Source of the DNA: Squalus acanthias | Lineage: Eukaryota | Length of the DNA stretch: 64,000 bases | Reading direction: 5' to 3' | Assembly (NCBI GenBank): GCA_030390025.1 | Contig: CM059438.1 | Span: 66,466,001 to 66,530,000 of the forward strand | Shown here: positions 20,790 to 34,454 of the stretch, piece by piece | How the letters are laid out: each line of letters opens with the position of its first letter | Position numbering within the stretch: the first letter of the stretch is position 1 | The notes under the pieces: generated by a model | The model's input: only the letters and a program-made list of their open reading frames with translations | What the model was told of the DNA's origin: nothing | Databases searched by the model: none | Made by a program: the position numbers and the translations under genes

Positions 20790-23476
20790 CTCATTATACC
20801 CTTGATTACCCTTGAGTGCTCAAGCAACAGTTCCGCTGCCTTGACCGTTCGGGAGGAGCCATTTTCGTCATCGTCTGCTGCATGCTCCACAACTTGACCA
20901 TCATGAGGGTGCAACCATTGCCACCAGGCATAGCCGCAGCACCTCCGGAAGAGAACGAGGACGAGGACAAGGAGGAGGAACAGGAGCATGAACAGCAGCG
21001 ATGGAGGATCCAGCCACTCCATTGGCCTTGTGGAAGGGCGGTCTGTGACTGCCTCATCAGACTGCGGTTCCGATGAATTCGAGGCCACTTCCCGGTTGCT
21101 CATCTGGTCCCCATCATTCCATCAATTTCTCCTTCCATGCCACACCCCAAAGCTGAAATGAGACACAGCACCATTTTTGCAACATTCCAATAAGAAATGT
21201 ATCCAAATTCAGCAACCACATATATACAGCAACAATATTAACTAATGACCCTTGTGCAAACCCTTACTTGCCCTCTTTACACTGCCTTTTCCTAATTTAG
21301 TGCTCCTACATAGTGTCTCCCCAGTGGCTGCAGCAGGGCTGGTGGAAGGCTGTTGAGTGTCGGTCCCAGAAACTACAGATGGCCTTGCAGGACGCCCTCG
21401 GCCACTCTGGGCCTGGAAGGCCCGGCTGTAGACTGCACCATGTCAGGATGGGTGGCGGCAGTCTGGACTGGCTGGATGACAGGCAGCGGCAAGGGCAATG
21501 GCGGAGTGCCAGCGGTGGGAGCAGGAATGCTGTCATCCTGAGAGAGGACAGCAGGTTCCTGCTCCATTGACCCACTGCCACTCCCCCGGGGCAGCACCTC
21601 AGCATCCCCACCAATCTGCTGCATCACAGATTGCTGGGCTGCTGCGACACCGTGAGATCCCTGGTGGACTGTGGTGGTCCCAGCGACGATGACAGCAGTC
21701 AGAGCTTTCGTGACATCAAGCTGAGACTGCATGAGAGCAGTCTGAGACTGGATGGCAAGAACCATTGACTGCATTACAGCACTAAGACATTGCGTAGCTT
21801 CCACCTGTGCTGCAATGGATGCTGCCACATCGCCCATAGATCGTGGCATGAGGTCTGGGTCCCCACGGTCTCTGAGGGAGTCCACCATCCTTCACTGACT
21901 GCCAAGGATGGACTCCATGGTGTGCGCAGAGCTCTGTGCAATGTTGGAGGCGGACTCCTCCACGCTCCTTACCATTGACGACAGGCTCGTGGGCACCCTT
22001 GCCATTGCACCTATCATCTCGGTGTGCATGCCTATTACCCTTCTTGTGAATGCCTCCCATCGAGGTCCTCATCTGAGTCGTGTGCAACAGAACTCGCGCG
22101 CGAACTAGCCCTCCAGAGAGCTGGCCCACGAGCTACCCTTTCCCCCTGACCTTGCTGCAGCCCGCTTGTCCCAGGTGTATCACCCAGTGCAGACCCCTCT
22201 ACTAAACTTGCCTCTAAAGATCGCGTAGTGCCAGTATCTGAGGTGGCGCCTGCGGGTGAGAGATGCAGTGACGCGGTGCTTTGCTCCTCCTCCTTTTCTC
22301 CTTCCTCACTCTCAGTGGGGGGCTCAGGGACAGGCTGGTCATCTGGTTGCTGATTCTCTAAAAGCATGAAGGCACAAGACTCGCGTTAAAGTGAGGGAAG
22401 GCGGGGCAGCAAGGGAGCAAGGAATGCAGACAATATCAGGAGCTGGAAATTGGGAAAGGCTTGTGGTGTGAGGGGGAAGTAGGATGAGAGACGGAGAGGG
22501 GATGAACATACCGTTGTTGCCCCCAAGGGGGTCGACATTGCCGAGGGCCACGCCGCCCACTACCTGCTGCTGAATGAGTGGCAGCACTCGCTCCTCCAGG
22601 TCTGAAAGCTGCTGGAGCTGCGCATCACCCCCGCCTGTTCTCTGCTGCTCCCTCCTATTGTGAGCCATCTTGGCCTGCAAGAGAAATGAATGTGTGTGAG
22701 TCACAGTACAGCTATGTGTTTGGGAGATATGCCTGCCGTAGTTGAATAGCTGTGCTTGTAGGCAAGGCGTGAGATGTGGATGTGAGTTTGAGTAGGTGCA
22801 GATGCTTGGTGGGTGAGTGGTGGGGGTGTGGTACTTTGTGCAGTGTGTACAGATTGAGGTTCAGATGCTGGTATGTAGGACCTGTTGAATGTACTCGCCT
22901 TGATCACCCGAGTGAGGTCGTTGAATTTCTTCCGGCACTGTGTCAGGCTGCGTTCCACCACACTACAGGCCGAGACCTCCTGGGCCACTTCACATTGCTC
23001 TGGATACCTGGGGCGATGGCCTCCTTCCAGTATCTGGGAACAGCACTGCCCCCCTTCGCTCCACTCCCTCGACCAATGCCTCCAATGCATCGTCCATGAA
23101 AGGACGAGCTCTCTGCCTGGGAGTGGGATAAGCCATCACGATCAGGGGATCGAGTTCCTTGCAGGTCACCTTCACAGCCAGCAATGCTGGATAATGAAGA
23201 TCTGCACAATGATGCAACCTCCCCTTTAAGAGCTGGAAGGGGCCAGTGTGAAGGATCATTCCCGATTGCATTGCACCTGAAATTTATTATTGCTCTGCTG
23301 GTAGCACCCCTGTAGCGCCCTGCTGAGGTCATTAGCGCTTGATTTAGCACTCCAGCTCTTTCCAGGAGCGCAAAAAGACAATTTAGGGAAGTCTCAGACT
23401 CATTAGCGCCTGGCGCTAAATTTTCATGATTTCAAAATTTACTGCCCTAAATGGGGTGATACCGAATTTCTCCCCC
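20790..23476. mobile_element. PIF/Harbinger transposon remnant: HARBI1-like transposase C-terminus (+, ~20800-21076) convergent with a 3-exon Myb/SANT pseudogene (-, ~23136-21310)
   Basis: LKQQFRCLDRSGG..CCMLHNL; ARPFMDDALEALVEGV..QCRKKFNDL; terminal GAATTTCTCCCCC followed by TTA. Confidence 0.85.
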
Positions 23477-23949
23477 TTAATATTTTGTTGCAAAAGGTCA
23501 AGGACTTTTAATTTTTAATACATAGATATTGCATGCTGAAATATGTGTCTTCAGGTAAAATAAGTATAGGTATTTCAAAACAAAATTGTCCTGAGTACAT
23601 TAGCTGAATTCAAATGGAAATACATTTTTTCTTCTCCATTGGAAACATTTTAAAGAAATTAAATATCAGTTAACAACTTTTTGCTTTGGAGGGTACGTAT
23701 CCCTCTGGAGAAGCCCTAAGAAGGTGTCACCTTCTGTCTGATCTGTGGTATGCCTGACAAGGAGCACCCTAGACGGCAGGTCCACTCTCAAAGCTTGTTG
23801 GTTCTGTCCAGTTAGGAAATTTAGAGGCCAGCAAACCTGGATCCAGATTTTAAGAGAAATAGCTGCTGCTGCTGTATCCCTCCTTTTGTGTCTTAATATA
23901 AACCTTATCTTCAACTATTTGTTGTCTTCAGCTCATTCCTTCCAGACTC

Positions 23950-25485
23950 ATCTCTCCAGAGACAACATCCCGGCTGCAGTCTTGTGCTCCAGAACTAGCC
24001 GTGCCTCTAGCCAAGCTGTTCCAGTACAGCTATAGCACTGGCATCTATCCAACAAAGTGGAAAACTGCCCAGGTATGTCCTGTCCACAAAAAGCAGGACA
24101 AATCAAATCCAACCAATTACCACCCCATCAATCTTCTCTCAATCATCAGCAAAGTGATGGAAGGTGTTGTCGACAGTGCTATCGAGTGGCACTTACTCAC
24201 CAATAACCTGCTCACCGATGCTCAGTTTGGGTTCTGCCAGGGCCACTCAGCTCCAGACCTCATTACAGCCTTGGTCCAAACATGGACAAAAGAGCTGAAT
24301 TCCAGAGATGAGGTGAGAGTGACTGCCCTTGACATCAAGGCAGCATTTGACCAAGTGTGGCATCAAGGAGCCCGAATAAAATTTAAGTCAATGGGAATCA
24401 GGGGGAAAACTCTCTACTGGCTGGAGTCATACCTAGCACAAAGGAAGATGGTTGTGGTTGTTGGAGGCCAATCATCTCAATCCCAGGACATCGCTGCAGG
24501 AGTTTCTCAGGGCAGTGTCCTATGCCCAACCATCTTCAGCTGCTTCATCAATGACCTTCCCTCCATCATAAGGTCAAAAGTGAGGATGTTCATTGATGAT
24601 TGCACAGTGTTCAGATCCATTCGCAACTCCTCAGATAATGAAGCAGTCCGTGTCCACTTGCAGCAAGACCTGAACAACATTCAGGCTTGGCCTGATAAGT
24701 GGCAAGTAACAATCATGCCACACAAGTGCCAGGCAATGACTATCTCCAACAAGAGTCTATCCACTTCCTCAATTCAATGGCATTACCATCGTCGAATCCC
24801 CCACCATCAACATCCTGGGAGTCACCATTGACAGGAAACTTAACTGGACCAGCCACATAAATACTGTAGCTACAAGAGCAGGTCAGAGGCTGGGTATTCT
24901 GCAGCGAGTGACTCACCTCCTGACTCCCCAAAGCCTTTCTACCATCTACAAGGCACAAGTCAGGAGTGTGATGGAATACTCTGCACTTGCCTGGATGAGT
25001 GCAGCTCCAACAACACTCAAGAAGCTCGCCACCATCCAGGACAAAGCAGCCTGCTTGATTAGCACCCCATCCACCACCTTAAACATTCACGTCCTCCACC
25101 ACCGGCGCACTGTGTCTGCAGTGTGCACCATCTACAAGATGCACTGCAACAACTCGCCAAAGCTTTTTCCACAGCACCTCCCAAACCTGCGACCTCTACC
25201 ACCTAGAAGGACAAGGGCAGCAGGAGCATGGGAACACCACCACCTCCAAGTTCCCCTCCAGGTCACACACCATCCTGACTTAGAAGTATATCGCCATTCC
25301 TTCATCGTCGCTGGGTCAAAATCCTGGAACTCCCTCCCTAACAGCACTGTGGGAGTACCTTCACCACATGGACTGCAGCGGTTGAAGAAGGCAGCTCACC
25401 ACCACCTTCTCAAGGGCAATTAGGGATGGGCAATAAATGCTGGTCTTGTCAGCGATGCCTACATCCCGTGAATGAATTTTAAAAA
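23950..25485 (+). mobile_element. Non-LTR retrotransposon (second CR1/L2-group family), 5'-truncated RT and 3' UTR
   Basis: NYHPINLLSIISK..QFGF..DIKAAFD..GVSQGSVL..FIDD; 3' UTR GGGATGGGCAATAAATGCTGG. Confidence 0.9.
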
Positions 25486-25865
25486 AGCCGTTGCATATAC
25501 TACACTCATGTATTCAAATGTGCTTTTCAGAAGTCAAAACAACACCTCTCAGCATTTGTAACCATGCCATGCCATCTGGGATAAATATTGGCCAGGACAC
25601 TAGGAGGACTGCCTTGAAAATGCCATGGGATCTTTTACTTTCACAAAATTTGGCTCAATTAATTATATACATAGCTAAATATGGGATATAGCTTTTCAAA
25701 ATGCTCTTCCTGTTTCCCAGTGGTGACCATTGCTGAATATATGTTGGCTTATAAAAAGTTACATTTTTGAGATTATGAAAAAAACAATCTATTTCACAGT
25801 GGTAAAGTTCCAAATTAATTACTAATTGCTTCTCCAAAGAGACTGTTTTATCGCTCATTGAGCAG

Positions 25866-26037
25866 GTGATGAAGGCAAGTTTCCTCCTGACAGCAGATAC
25901 CAAGGAACTAATTTTTTTGATATCCTTATGCCTGGGGAGCTGAGAGATCTCATGCCCCACTATCACCATGGCAATAGAATTTGCAGACAAAGAGTGATAG
26001 AGAAAAACAGTTTTTGGTCCTCTCATGAGAGAGATTG
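25866..26037 (+). CDS. Candidate internal coding exon of an unidentified host gene
   Basis: CTAAT branch-like motif, CAG acceptor, stop-free 172 nt (DEGKFPPDSRYQGTNFFDILMPGELRDLMPHYHHGNRICRQRVIEKNSFWSSHERD), G|GTAAGT donor, in non-repeat DNA. Confidence 0.35.
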
Positions 26038-26850
26038 GTAAGTTTGCGATGAACTTTGCAAAGTAGTATTTTTAATTCTTTTGTTTGTAGACTTTAAGTT
26101 ATAGTAAAGGTAGTTGAGATAAACTGTCCCTTCAGTTCTGCATTAAAGGTGCATTCTCCCCTCTCCCCCCGGAACGTTCTAGAGGATTTTTGGTCTGATT
26201 TTAGGTCAGCTCTCAATTAAAGTCTGGTGTTTGCAGTGTGATTTTTTTTAAACCGTAACATTTTGAAGTTCATTGCTCTGGCAATCTCTCAAACTGCTCA
26301 CAGGAAATTACAGTGGTACTTAAATCTATTGCCTCAGAGGGACATTTTGTGTCACAGTAGGTTAACACGCTGGGGCCCTGGTTCCAATCCAGCCTAGATT
26401 TTGGGGCTTAAGGCTTCTCGTCTGCTGTTCTACTTGAGTTGAGTTTATGAAATTTCAATTTAGTATCTCATGAACTTAAAACTGCCTCAGGTTCAGCACT
26501 AATCAGTAATCTCCAGTTCTTCTGTTCTTGTTAGGTAGTGGGGTGGGAGTGTGTGTGGGGGAGGCAGTGTGTGTGGGCTAGATAGAGATGTAAAAAGAAG
26601 CCCCAAAAATCCTGGTAAAAATCCTGGAATCGCACCTATTAAAAACGGAGTTTGACTTTGTGGGGTAATTTTACGTCCGTGTGCTCCTGGCGTTCAGCCT
26701 CGTCAGCTGGGAAAACATGTTGGGAATTAGGGTGCATATTTAACTGCCCCATGAACGTGCTGCGATCCTTTTTTTTGCTGCTGTTGTTAAATCAGCCCTT
26801 TCGGTCAATATACACTAATGGTCTTGGCAATCTCATTAAGGAAGCCATGA

Positions 26851-28518
26851 GGTAGACTTCGCAAAATTATCACGATTTTATAAATAAGAAGGAGACATAT
26901 AGTTTCGTACAAACAGTTTTATTTCAGCAGAATGCTGTCAGGTTTTCAAAGTGGACACAAGCAGCCTGTAAAATGGTCGCCACGCCTCGTGGCAGAACGT
27001 TCTAGACTTTTCAATAAGCAGACAAGATGGCGTTCCAATAAACATTTGTGCGAGATCGGACAAGACTCAGCACATTTGAGATAATTCACAAGACATAATG
27101 GGTCTGCATTTTACACATAAATACTGGAATCGGTCTCCCAGGTGCGAATAAGGGCTATTGTACCGAGCGATCAAGAACCCATCCAAAGACATTAATATGC
27201 AAAATCCCCACGACTCTACGATGAGAGAGCCGTTTGCGGGTAGTTACAGAAAACATTTGGAAGCCCCAAAACCCCTCCAGGGAAAATACTGGCCGGTTCC
27301 ACAATGGGAGAAGTATTAACGGGTACTCAGGCAGTTACAAGTATCACCGAAACCCATTAAACGGAGATCACCCTATACAAGAAGTTTGAGCGCCAAAACC
27401 CTGACAAAAGAAAGACATTAAGATTGGGCGGGAAAAGAGGAATTACAGCACTATAACTGTAAGGTACAACCGTCCATCTGTCTCTTGACTCTTGGATCTT
27501 GACTCTTGACTGCTGTCTCTGCCTCTTGCTGCTCGACTTGCTGGAAGACTATTGAACTTTCTGATCCGCCAGGATCAACCTCGTGGCTTGCCGCGAAGAT
27601 CTGTGAAGAACTGGGCTGTGAAGCCTTGAAACGGGCACACCATCCCGAGAAGTCGGTAAACGGTGTTGGAACCGAAGGCCCGAGATGAGATGAGATGAGA
27701 TGAGATGAGATGAGAAGAGAAGAAGACGACAATACGTATCGCCACGGTCAGTAAGCCCCGACCGCGCCTGTAGGTCGAATAAACACTTTCCTTGCCCAGG
27801 AAGACCATTCTTTGAGTTTTACAAACTGGTGAGGGCACAGGAAGACCATTCTTCGAGTTTTATCGCATCGGTGTGAGGGCACAGGAAGACTATTTTTTGA
27901 GTCGTGTCGGAACTCCGAGGACAACACAGATCTTCATGACAGCAGACGGTCCAGCCTGCTAGCCGGAGCAGAAGCGAGTAAACAAGTGGGGTACAGAGAC
28001 CCCTGATCAACACGTGGGTGGTCAGGTGCTGCGGGAAAAACATCCGAGCAGAGTTTCGGAATTCTCCGAGTTATCACGAGTGGTGAGCATGAGTCTCGAT
28101 CCTACAAATCTAGTTTAGGACAGGTATTGATAGGGGAGGGTTTAAGTTTTAAGGATAATTGTAATGTGTGCCCCCTTTTACGATGTGTCGTGCGCTCCTC
28201 GTTTCCCTAAAATTAGTTACATAACTGCGTGTAAGATTGTACTGTCATTAATCTGTGCTTATGACATGTATTTCGTAATCTTGAATAATATGCAATAAAG
28301 ATTTTCCATTTCGCACTATTCAACCGGGTCTACCTGAGTTTTCTCTGCATTATTGCTCTCGCATCTAAGTCCAGTGTCAGAACCGTAAGGGCGAGTGGGT
28401 CGAACCACTCACAGGTGTCTAGTTTTACCAGGCTGGCTGGAGACCAGAACAGGCAACAAGGCCTAACCTCGCACTAGCACCCAGGCTAAGCACAGAGCCA
28501 CAGGTCTCACCCCTTACA
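26851..28518 (+). repeat. Solo LTR (1668 bp) of the same family as the 328-8839 provirus, diverged subfamily
   Basis: Colinear reverse-complement match to 328-1988 over its full length. Ends CCCTTACA. 4-bp TSD ATGA (26847-26850, 28519-28522). Internal (GAGAT)n at ~27682-27713. Confidence 0.93.
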
Positions 28519-28881
28519 ATGAGGATAGCTGGTGTGAGAAATGGAAACAATTGAAGACGGGCAGTAGCGGGGGTGGAGGATCCCTGCTTACAAGGCAGGG
28601 GGAGCTTTACTCTGCAACTGGCTGTGGTGGAACTGATTTGGGGAATGTTTGACGCTGATGCTGGATGAGAAACCTGCAAAACATCGTTGTACTCCTCAAC
28701 GCTGACATTCTTGACCTTGCAAACTGCAAAATGAACCCAAAAGAATTCGACTGAGCAGGGGAAAAAATAAAGTCCTGCTGCCTAATTGGATTAGATTTCA
28801 GCGATGTTTCTGCTGCCTGGGTCTCCTGAACACTGATCTGAGTTGAAGGTTTCTCTTGGGCTCAGGGGAATAAAAATAAAA

Positions 28882-29647
28882 GGCCTGGAGTTGCCGCTCG
28901 ATTGCGCTGGTATTTTCGGCTCAATTCCCCCCGATATCGGGCATAACCGGCGCAAAAAGATCGCCGGATTTTAAGCACAAATTGCGTTCAGCGCATCGCG
29001 AGTTTCCGCAATCTTTTGCGCTCGTTTTGAAAACTAGCTAGAAGCAGGCCCCGCCCACAAAACTGGCCACACCCCCAGGGTGAATTCATCACCTTTGGGA
29101 ATTTCCGCTAATTGCGCTCGTTTGCAGTCCTTCGCAGAGGGTCTAAAAATTAAGCTGGTTCTTTTGGGTGCAAGGACACCAATAGGTACGTTTTGAAAGG
29201 TTTTGAATGATTTTGTTTTTATTTACTAAGGAACTGACTACTGTACCCCAAATGAACTAGAAAATCATTTTGGATATTTTTTCAAAATCATTTTCCGTAA
29301 TTTAAAATCGCGTAACTCACAGGTGGTAGATTGACTCTGTGATTTAAAATGCTTATTATTTTGTGATAAACCCATTTTCAGCTGCTTTAATCAAACTGCA
29401 CCGAGTTACCACTCTTAATTATATCAGGGAATATTTTTTAAAACATTTTTTTTTTAAATGACGTTTTAACCGCTGCCCGATTGCGCTGGTTCATGGCAGA
29501 TTTTGCCTTCGGCGATATGCAAATGAGTTTGTGTGGAAATTCGGTGGGGGGGTGGGGGTGAAAAAAACACTTTTCAAAACAGGCACAATTTTTCTGTGCA
29601 ATTTGCGCTGGAATCGCCGATTGCACCCAAAGCGGTAACTCTACTCC
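28882..29647. mobile_element. MITE-like non-autonomous DNA transposon
   Basis: Imperfect TIRs GAGTTGCCGCT / AGCGGTAACTC; CpG-rich ends and AT-rich core. Confidence 0.6.
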
Positions 29648-31029
29648 ATGGTACTCATTCTCCGGTGAGTGCCAATCAAATTTTTGTGACCATATTCATC
29701 AAATGACTAACTGTTATGAGTCCCAACGAGCAAACACATTGATCCGGATGTCCAAGGGCATTGGCTTGTGGTGTTGAATGAAATAATGAAAACCTGGTCA
29801 CCAAAACAGCCAACAACAATAGAATGAAAGAAAGACTTGCATTTATATAGCGCCTTTCACAACCTCAGGACATTCCCGGGCGCATTACAACCAATGAAAT
29901 ATTCTTGAAGTGTAACAATCCTGGAATCTCTTACGGTAAACATGGTTGTTCAATCACTGTAAACTAGTGGCTCTTTGTCAACATGGCAACATGGAATCAT
30001 GGAATGCGATCCCCAAAACATTGGTACAAATTCTGGAATGTTAAGTAATTAAAAAATAATTTGACTTGGCCATCTTAAACCATCTCTATGTCTGCTAAAC
30101 TCAACTCCACCTTGAGTGGGGTTACAAAATAATCAGGTCTGATTTAAACAAAACAAAAATTTTTATTCAACCACAGATCTGCTTGCAGTAGCCAGATGCT
30201 CAATTGTGTTACGATACTTGGGTTTGCAATTCATTTTCAACAGAATATCCAAGATCTGGAGATTCGGAAAGGCCACGAGACCACCAGGGAAAGGCGCCAG
30301 TCGGCATCTGCATTCCCACTAGAGTATCATAGTTTATTTTAAAGGGTAGTTTTTAGGGAAAGCTATCCCAGATTTGGGCCCGTGGTTCTGGTCACAGATG
30401 GCTGCTGCCACCTGCCACGTTAAACTAATAGCAGGACATGGAAAAGGATAACAGGCAGACATACAAAGAGCATTATGTTGTGTCTCTAGAGATAGCTGCT
30501 GTGGCGTTATGGGGAAAGAAGGGTTATGATGCATGTGCAAAGATGTTCCTTTTTAAACAGATATGTACAGCCAAAACTGCAAGTTTTGTCAAACTTTAAT
30601 TATCAGTTCTCCTACTGTCTACCTTCTTGTGAAGCTGCAGAAATTTTGCGAGCAATGGGGGATTGGCTTGTGGTAGGAGATGCCTGTACTTTTTTTTTGA
30701 GTTTGCCCCTCCTGCCAACTATGTTAGCTGGCGCTGCAACGATAGATGGATCAAGGAGCTGCCACCTCGCAGCTCCCCGACACACCCGCCAATTAATCCA
30801 GTCACTGGACCTCCCGCAGGTCGAAGATTGCTGGCTGAATACGTTCCCCAGCTAACAAGATGTCAGCGTTAAAGGAATATGTGCTTCCAGTCATCCTGTC
30901 AGCAGCCTCTGCAGCACTGATGACAGCAGACCACCGTCCCCCCCACCCTTAAAATCGAGGAACAATAAATATTGCCTCACCAGTGTTGTCCACATTCCAA
31001 GAACAAATTAAAAAAACAATCATTTAGAT

Positions 31030-31792
31030 CAGGGGCTCTCAAGCTTTTTGCTTCTGAGGTCCCCTCCCATGTTATAAAAAGTCCACGGACCCCCTGTGGG
31101 AGGCAGAAGGGGGTGGGGTGGGGGAAGGGGGGTGAGAAGTGGGGGTGGGGGGAGAGAAGTGGGTGGGGGGTTCAACTCACATGGTTGCCGTTAGCAACGG
31201 TCAAAGTTCACTGGACCTCGGCCCCTCAACACAAACAGGGATAACTTTCCACCCACTTTACGGCACCTGGAGGCTCTCGCGTCCAGGCCCCAGGCCTCAC
31301 TCACCCTCCAACAGATCATCAATGCACTCGAAAGTGGTATCAAACTGAAAAGGGTTGACAAATGGCGGCGGGTTGTCTCGCACCCCCACGTTGTTCACCT
31401 GCACCTTCGCCATGGCTCCTACGGTGTAATTTTGTGCTTTTTTTCCCCCTCAGGCCCACCCGTGCCAAATTAAAACAGAGACCGAGGCCCCGGGCTGCTT
31501 TGTCAGAGTGTGATGGACCCCAAGTCTTTGCATTCCCGCAGAAGCACCGGTCCATCCTCCTCCTCCTCCATCTGCCACTCTCGATTGGTTCGCAGCGCGT
31601 CCACAGGCAGCGTGTGCCTCTACCGCCACCGAAGGCCCGGGGAGCCCAGGCCCGGCCGCCGACCTCCCCGCAGGGCACCACCTGCAGGCGGCAGCAGTGA
31701 GGTGGATCCACCCTTGGCCTCCTGCTAAAACTAGTCGATCCGCCGTGGCGTGGATCCCTTGAAATCTTCAGACCCCTGATTGAGAACCCCTG
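31030..31792. mobile_element. Non-autonomous hAT (Charlie-type) element
   Basis: TIRs CAGGGGCTCTCAA / TTGAGAACCCCTG. Perfect 8-bp TSD ATTTAGAT (31022-31029, 31793-31800). Confidence 0.9.
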
Positions 31793-32385
31793 ATTTAGAT
31801 GACATCGATCAAAACCTTCAGTACCTGAGAACCACGCACGATAAAGACAGGGTTGACAGATTTATGAAGAAAATGAATTATCAAATCTTATTGAGTATGA
31901 TGCCACTGGAAGATTATTGAAAATAAGGCACAGTACAGAAGGTTTACACAGTGGGTTAGCTGCTTCATTTAGAATCTGTACCTCATTTACACAGGAGACA
32001 TGCATCATTTTATTAGCTACTGCTTATGAGCCAATGACGTTTGTACATGGTTGTCAAGTGAATAACAAAACAAAGACAAGTGAATAGCATAACGAAAACA
32101 GATTATCTGGTCATTATCACATTGCTGTTTGTTTCCTTGCTGTGCGTAAATTGGCTGCTGCGTTTCCCACATTACAACAATGACTCCACTTCAAAAGTAC
32201 TTAATTGGCTGTAAAGCTTTGAAACATTCGGTGGTCATAAAAGGCGCTATATAAATGCAAGTCTTTCTTTCTTTCACTTGCATGCCTTGTCTTGCTCTTT
32301 ACTCTCGGTCCTTGTGTTATGGTGGTCATACAGCTTACCTGGCTTACAGAGCAAACATAGAACATGAATCAGACTGGAGCCTTTA

Positions 32386-33095
32386 ACATAAGAACATAAG
32401 AACTAGGAGCAGGAGTAGGCCATATGGCCCCTCGAGCCTGCTCCGCCATTCAATGAGATCATGGCTTATCTTTACATCAACAACACTTTCCCGCCCTATC
32501 CCCATATCCCTTGATTCCCTTAGTGCCCTATAATCTATCGATCTCAGCCTTGAATATACTCAATGACTGAGCATCCACAGCCCTCTGGGGTAGAGAATTC
32601 CAAAGATTCACAACCCTCTGAGTGAAGAAGTTCTTCCTCATCTCAGTCTGAAATGGCTGACCCCTTATCCTGAGACTATGACCCCTAATTCTATACACTC
32701 CAGCCAAGGGAAACAGCCTCTCCGCATCTACCCTGTCAGAATTTAATATGTTTCAATGAGATCACCTCTCATTCTTTTAAACTCCAGAGAACATAGGCCC
32801 ATTGACATGAATCTGTCATTCATGAAAGAAAGACTTGTGAAATAATACTGAGTGGCCTGTGGGTGGCGCTGTCCAGGGAGAGTATAAATACTCGGGCACG
32901 GGCCCAGCTTGCGCAGGACATTCTTAACAGGAACTAGTGAAGGACACAACTAGATCTCCATGTTGTAAAACAGTTGATTAAAGCTTTGTTTAACGCTTAG
33001 ACCAAGTGCCTAGTAGTTTTCTTACGTCACCCATTCTACTCAATCTCTCCTCATAGGACACACCTCTCATCCCAGGAACCAATCGAGTGAACCTT
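32386..33095 (-). mobile_element. CR1 LINE 3' fragment interrupted by a small solo LTR
   Basis: AACATAAGAACATAAG tail; LEFKRMRGDLIETY on the minus strand. Confidence 0.85.
32803..33029 (+). repeat. 227-bp solo LTR (Gypsy/TRIM-like)
   Basis: TGAC...GTCA termini, 5-bp TSD CCCAT (32798-32802, 33030-33034), TATAAA at ~32883, ATTAAA at ~32977. Confidence 0.8.
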
Positions 33096-34395
33096 GGTGT
33101 CAGTTGTGGCGCAGTTGGTAGCACTCTCACCTCTGAGTCGGAAGGTTGTGTATTCATCGTCTCACTCCACAGACTTGAGCAGAGAAATCTAGGCTAACAC
33201 TCCAGTGCTGAGGGAGTGCTGCACTGCCGGAGGTGCTGTCTTTCGGATGAGATATTAAACCTGTCTGCCCCCTCAGGTGAATGTAAAAGATCACAAGGCA
33301 CTATTTCGAAGAAGAGCAGAGGAATTCTCTCCAGTGTCTTGACCAATATTTGTCCCTCAATCAACATCACCAAAAAACAGATTATCTGGTCATTATCACA
33401 TTGCTGTTTGTTTCCTGGCTGTGCGCAAATTGGCTGCTGCATTTCCTGCATTACAACACCTACTCAGGGGGCGGTTTTGCCAGCCCTGGGGAGGCGGGTT
33501 TGGAGGTGGGACTGCCGGGAAAATGGCAGAATTTGGGGGCGGGTACACAACCCGCCCCCAACCCGCCTCCATGCCATCTTCCTAGGAGGTGGGTAGCCGT
33601 CCCGCGCCGGGTCCCGTCTCCTTGGAGATGGGAGGGGATTAAAGCCTATTAACTGCCTGTTAACAGGTAGTTAACAGGCAGAAAATAGGATTATCCCCTT
33701 TTTGCCCTCACAACTGTGGGCTTCCCGAAGGCTCCAAAACCCGTCAGGTCAGCGAGGCGAGTACTGGGTCTGCGGGGGTCGGGGGGGGTGCAAAAGTGTG
33801 GTGTGAAGGTAAGTGATGGGTGCAAGAGTGTAGAGGTAAGTATCTGAGGTAAGTGCAAAGTGTTTTTCAAAGTGTACTTACCTTTGTTTCTTCCTGCAGG
33901 CTTCAGTCGGTTTGTATGCGGAGAGTCTCGGACCTCCGTGTTGCAGATGAGAGATGGCCGTTGGATTCTCATATGCAACAACCATCTCAATTCTGTAAAA
34001 GAAAGAAGGTTGATGAGGTCTTGTATCCAAGACCTCATCAAACTGCAGAGAATGTCACTGTTTGACAGCTTCACAGAGTTGTCAAACGATGACAATTCAT
34101 CTGTCAAAAATTTTTGACAGATGAAACATCATATGTTGACGTGCTCTGCAACCGGCTTTCCCTTAATTGGCCTGCTAAGCCCACTGGGTGGCTTAACAAG
34201 ATCAATCAAGGGAAAATAGCATGGGTTGGCCACAAATCGATGGAGGCGGGACATTGACCCGACAAGCAGCAGTCCCGTATCCAACGCGCCACCAGTCACA
34301 AAATTGCCCCCTACACTTCAAAAGTGCTTCATTGGCTGTAAAGCGCTTTGAGACATCCTGAGGTTGTGAAAGGTGCTATTTAAATACAAGTCTTC
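33096..34395 (+). mobile_element. Deu SINE split by a Harbinger-type MITE (33467-34311)
   Basis: SINE head and body at 33096-33466; tail resumes TACACTTCAAAAG at 34312. The insert has GGGGGCGGTTTTG / CAAAATTGCCCCC TIRs. Confidence 0.8.
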
Positions 34396-34454
34396 CTTCC
34401 TTCCTTCCTCCCACCCTCTTTCCCTCCCTCCCTTTTCTCTCTCCCGTCCTCCCC

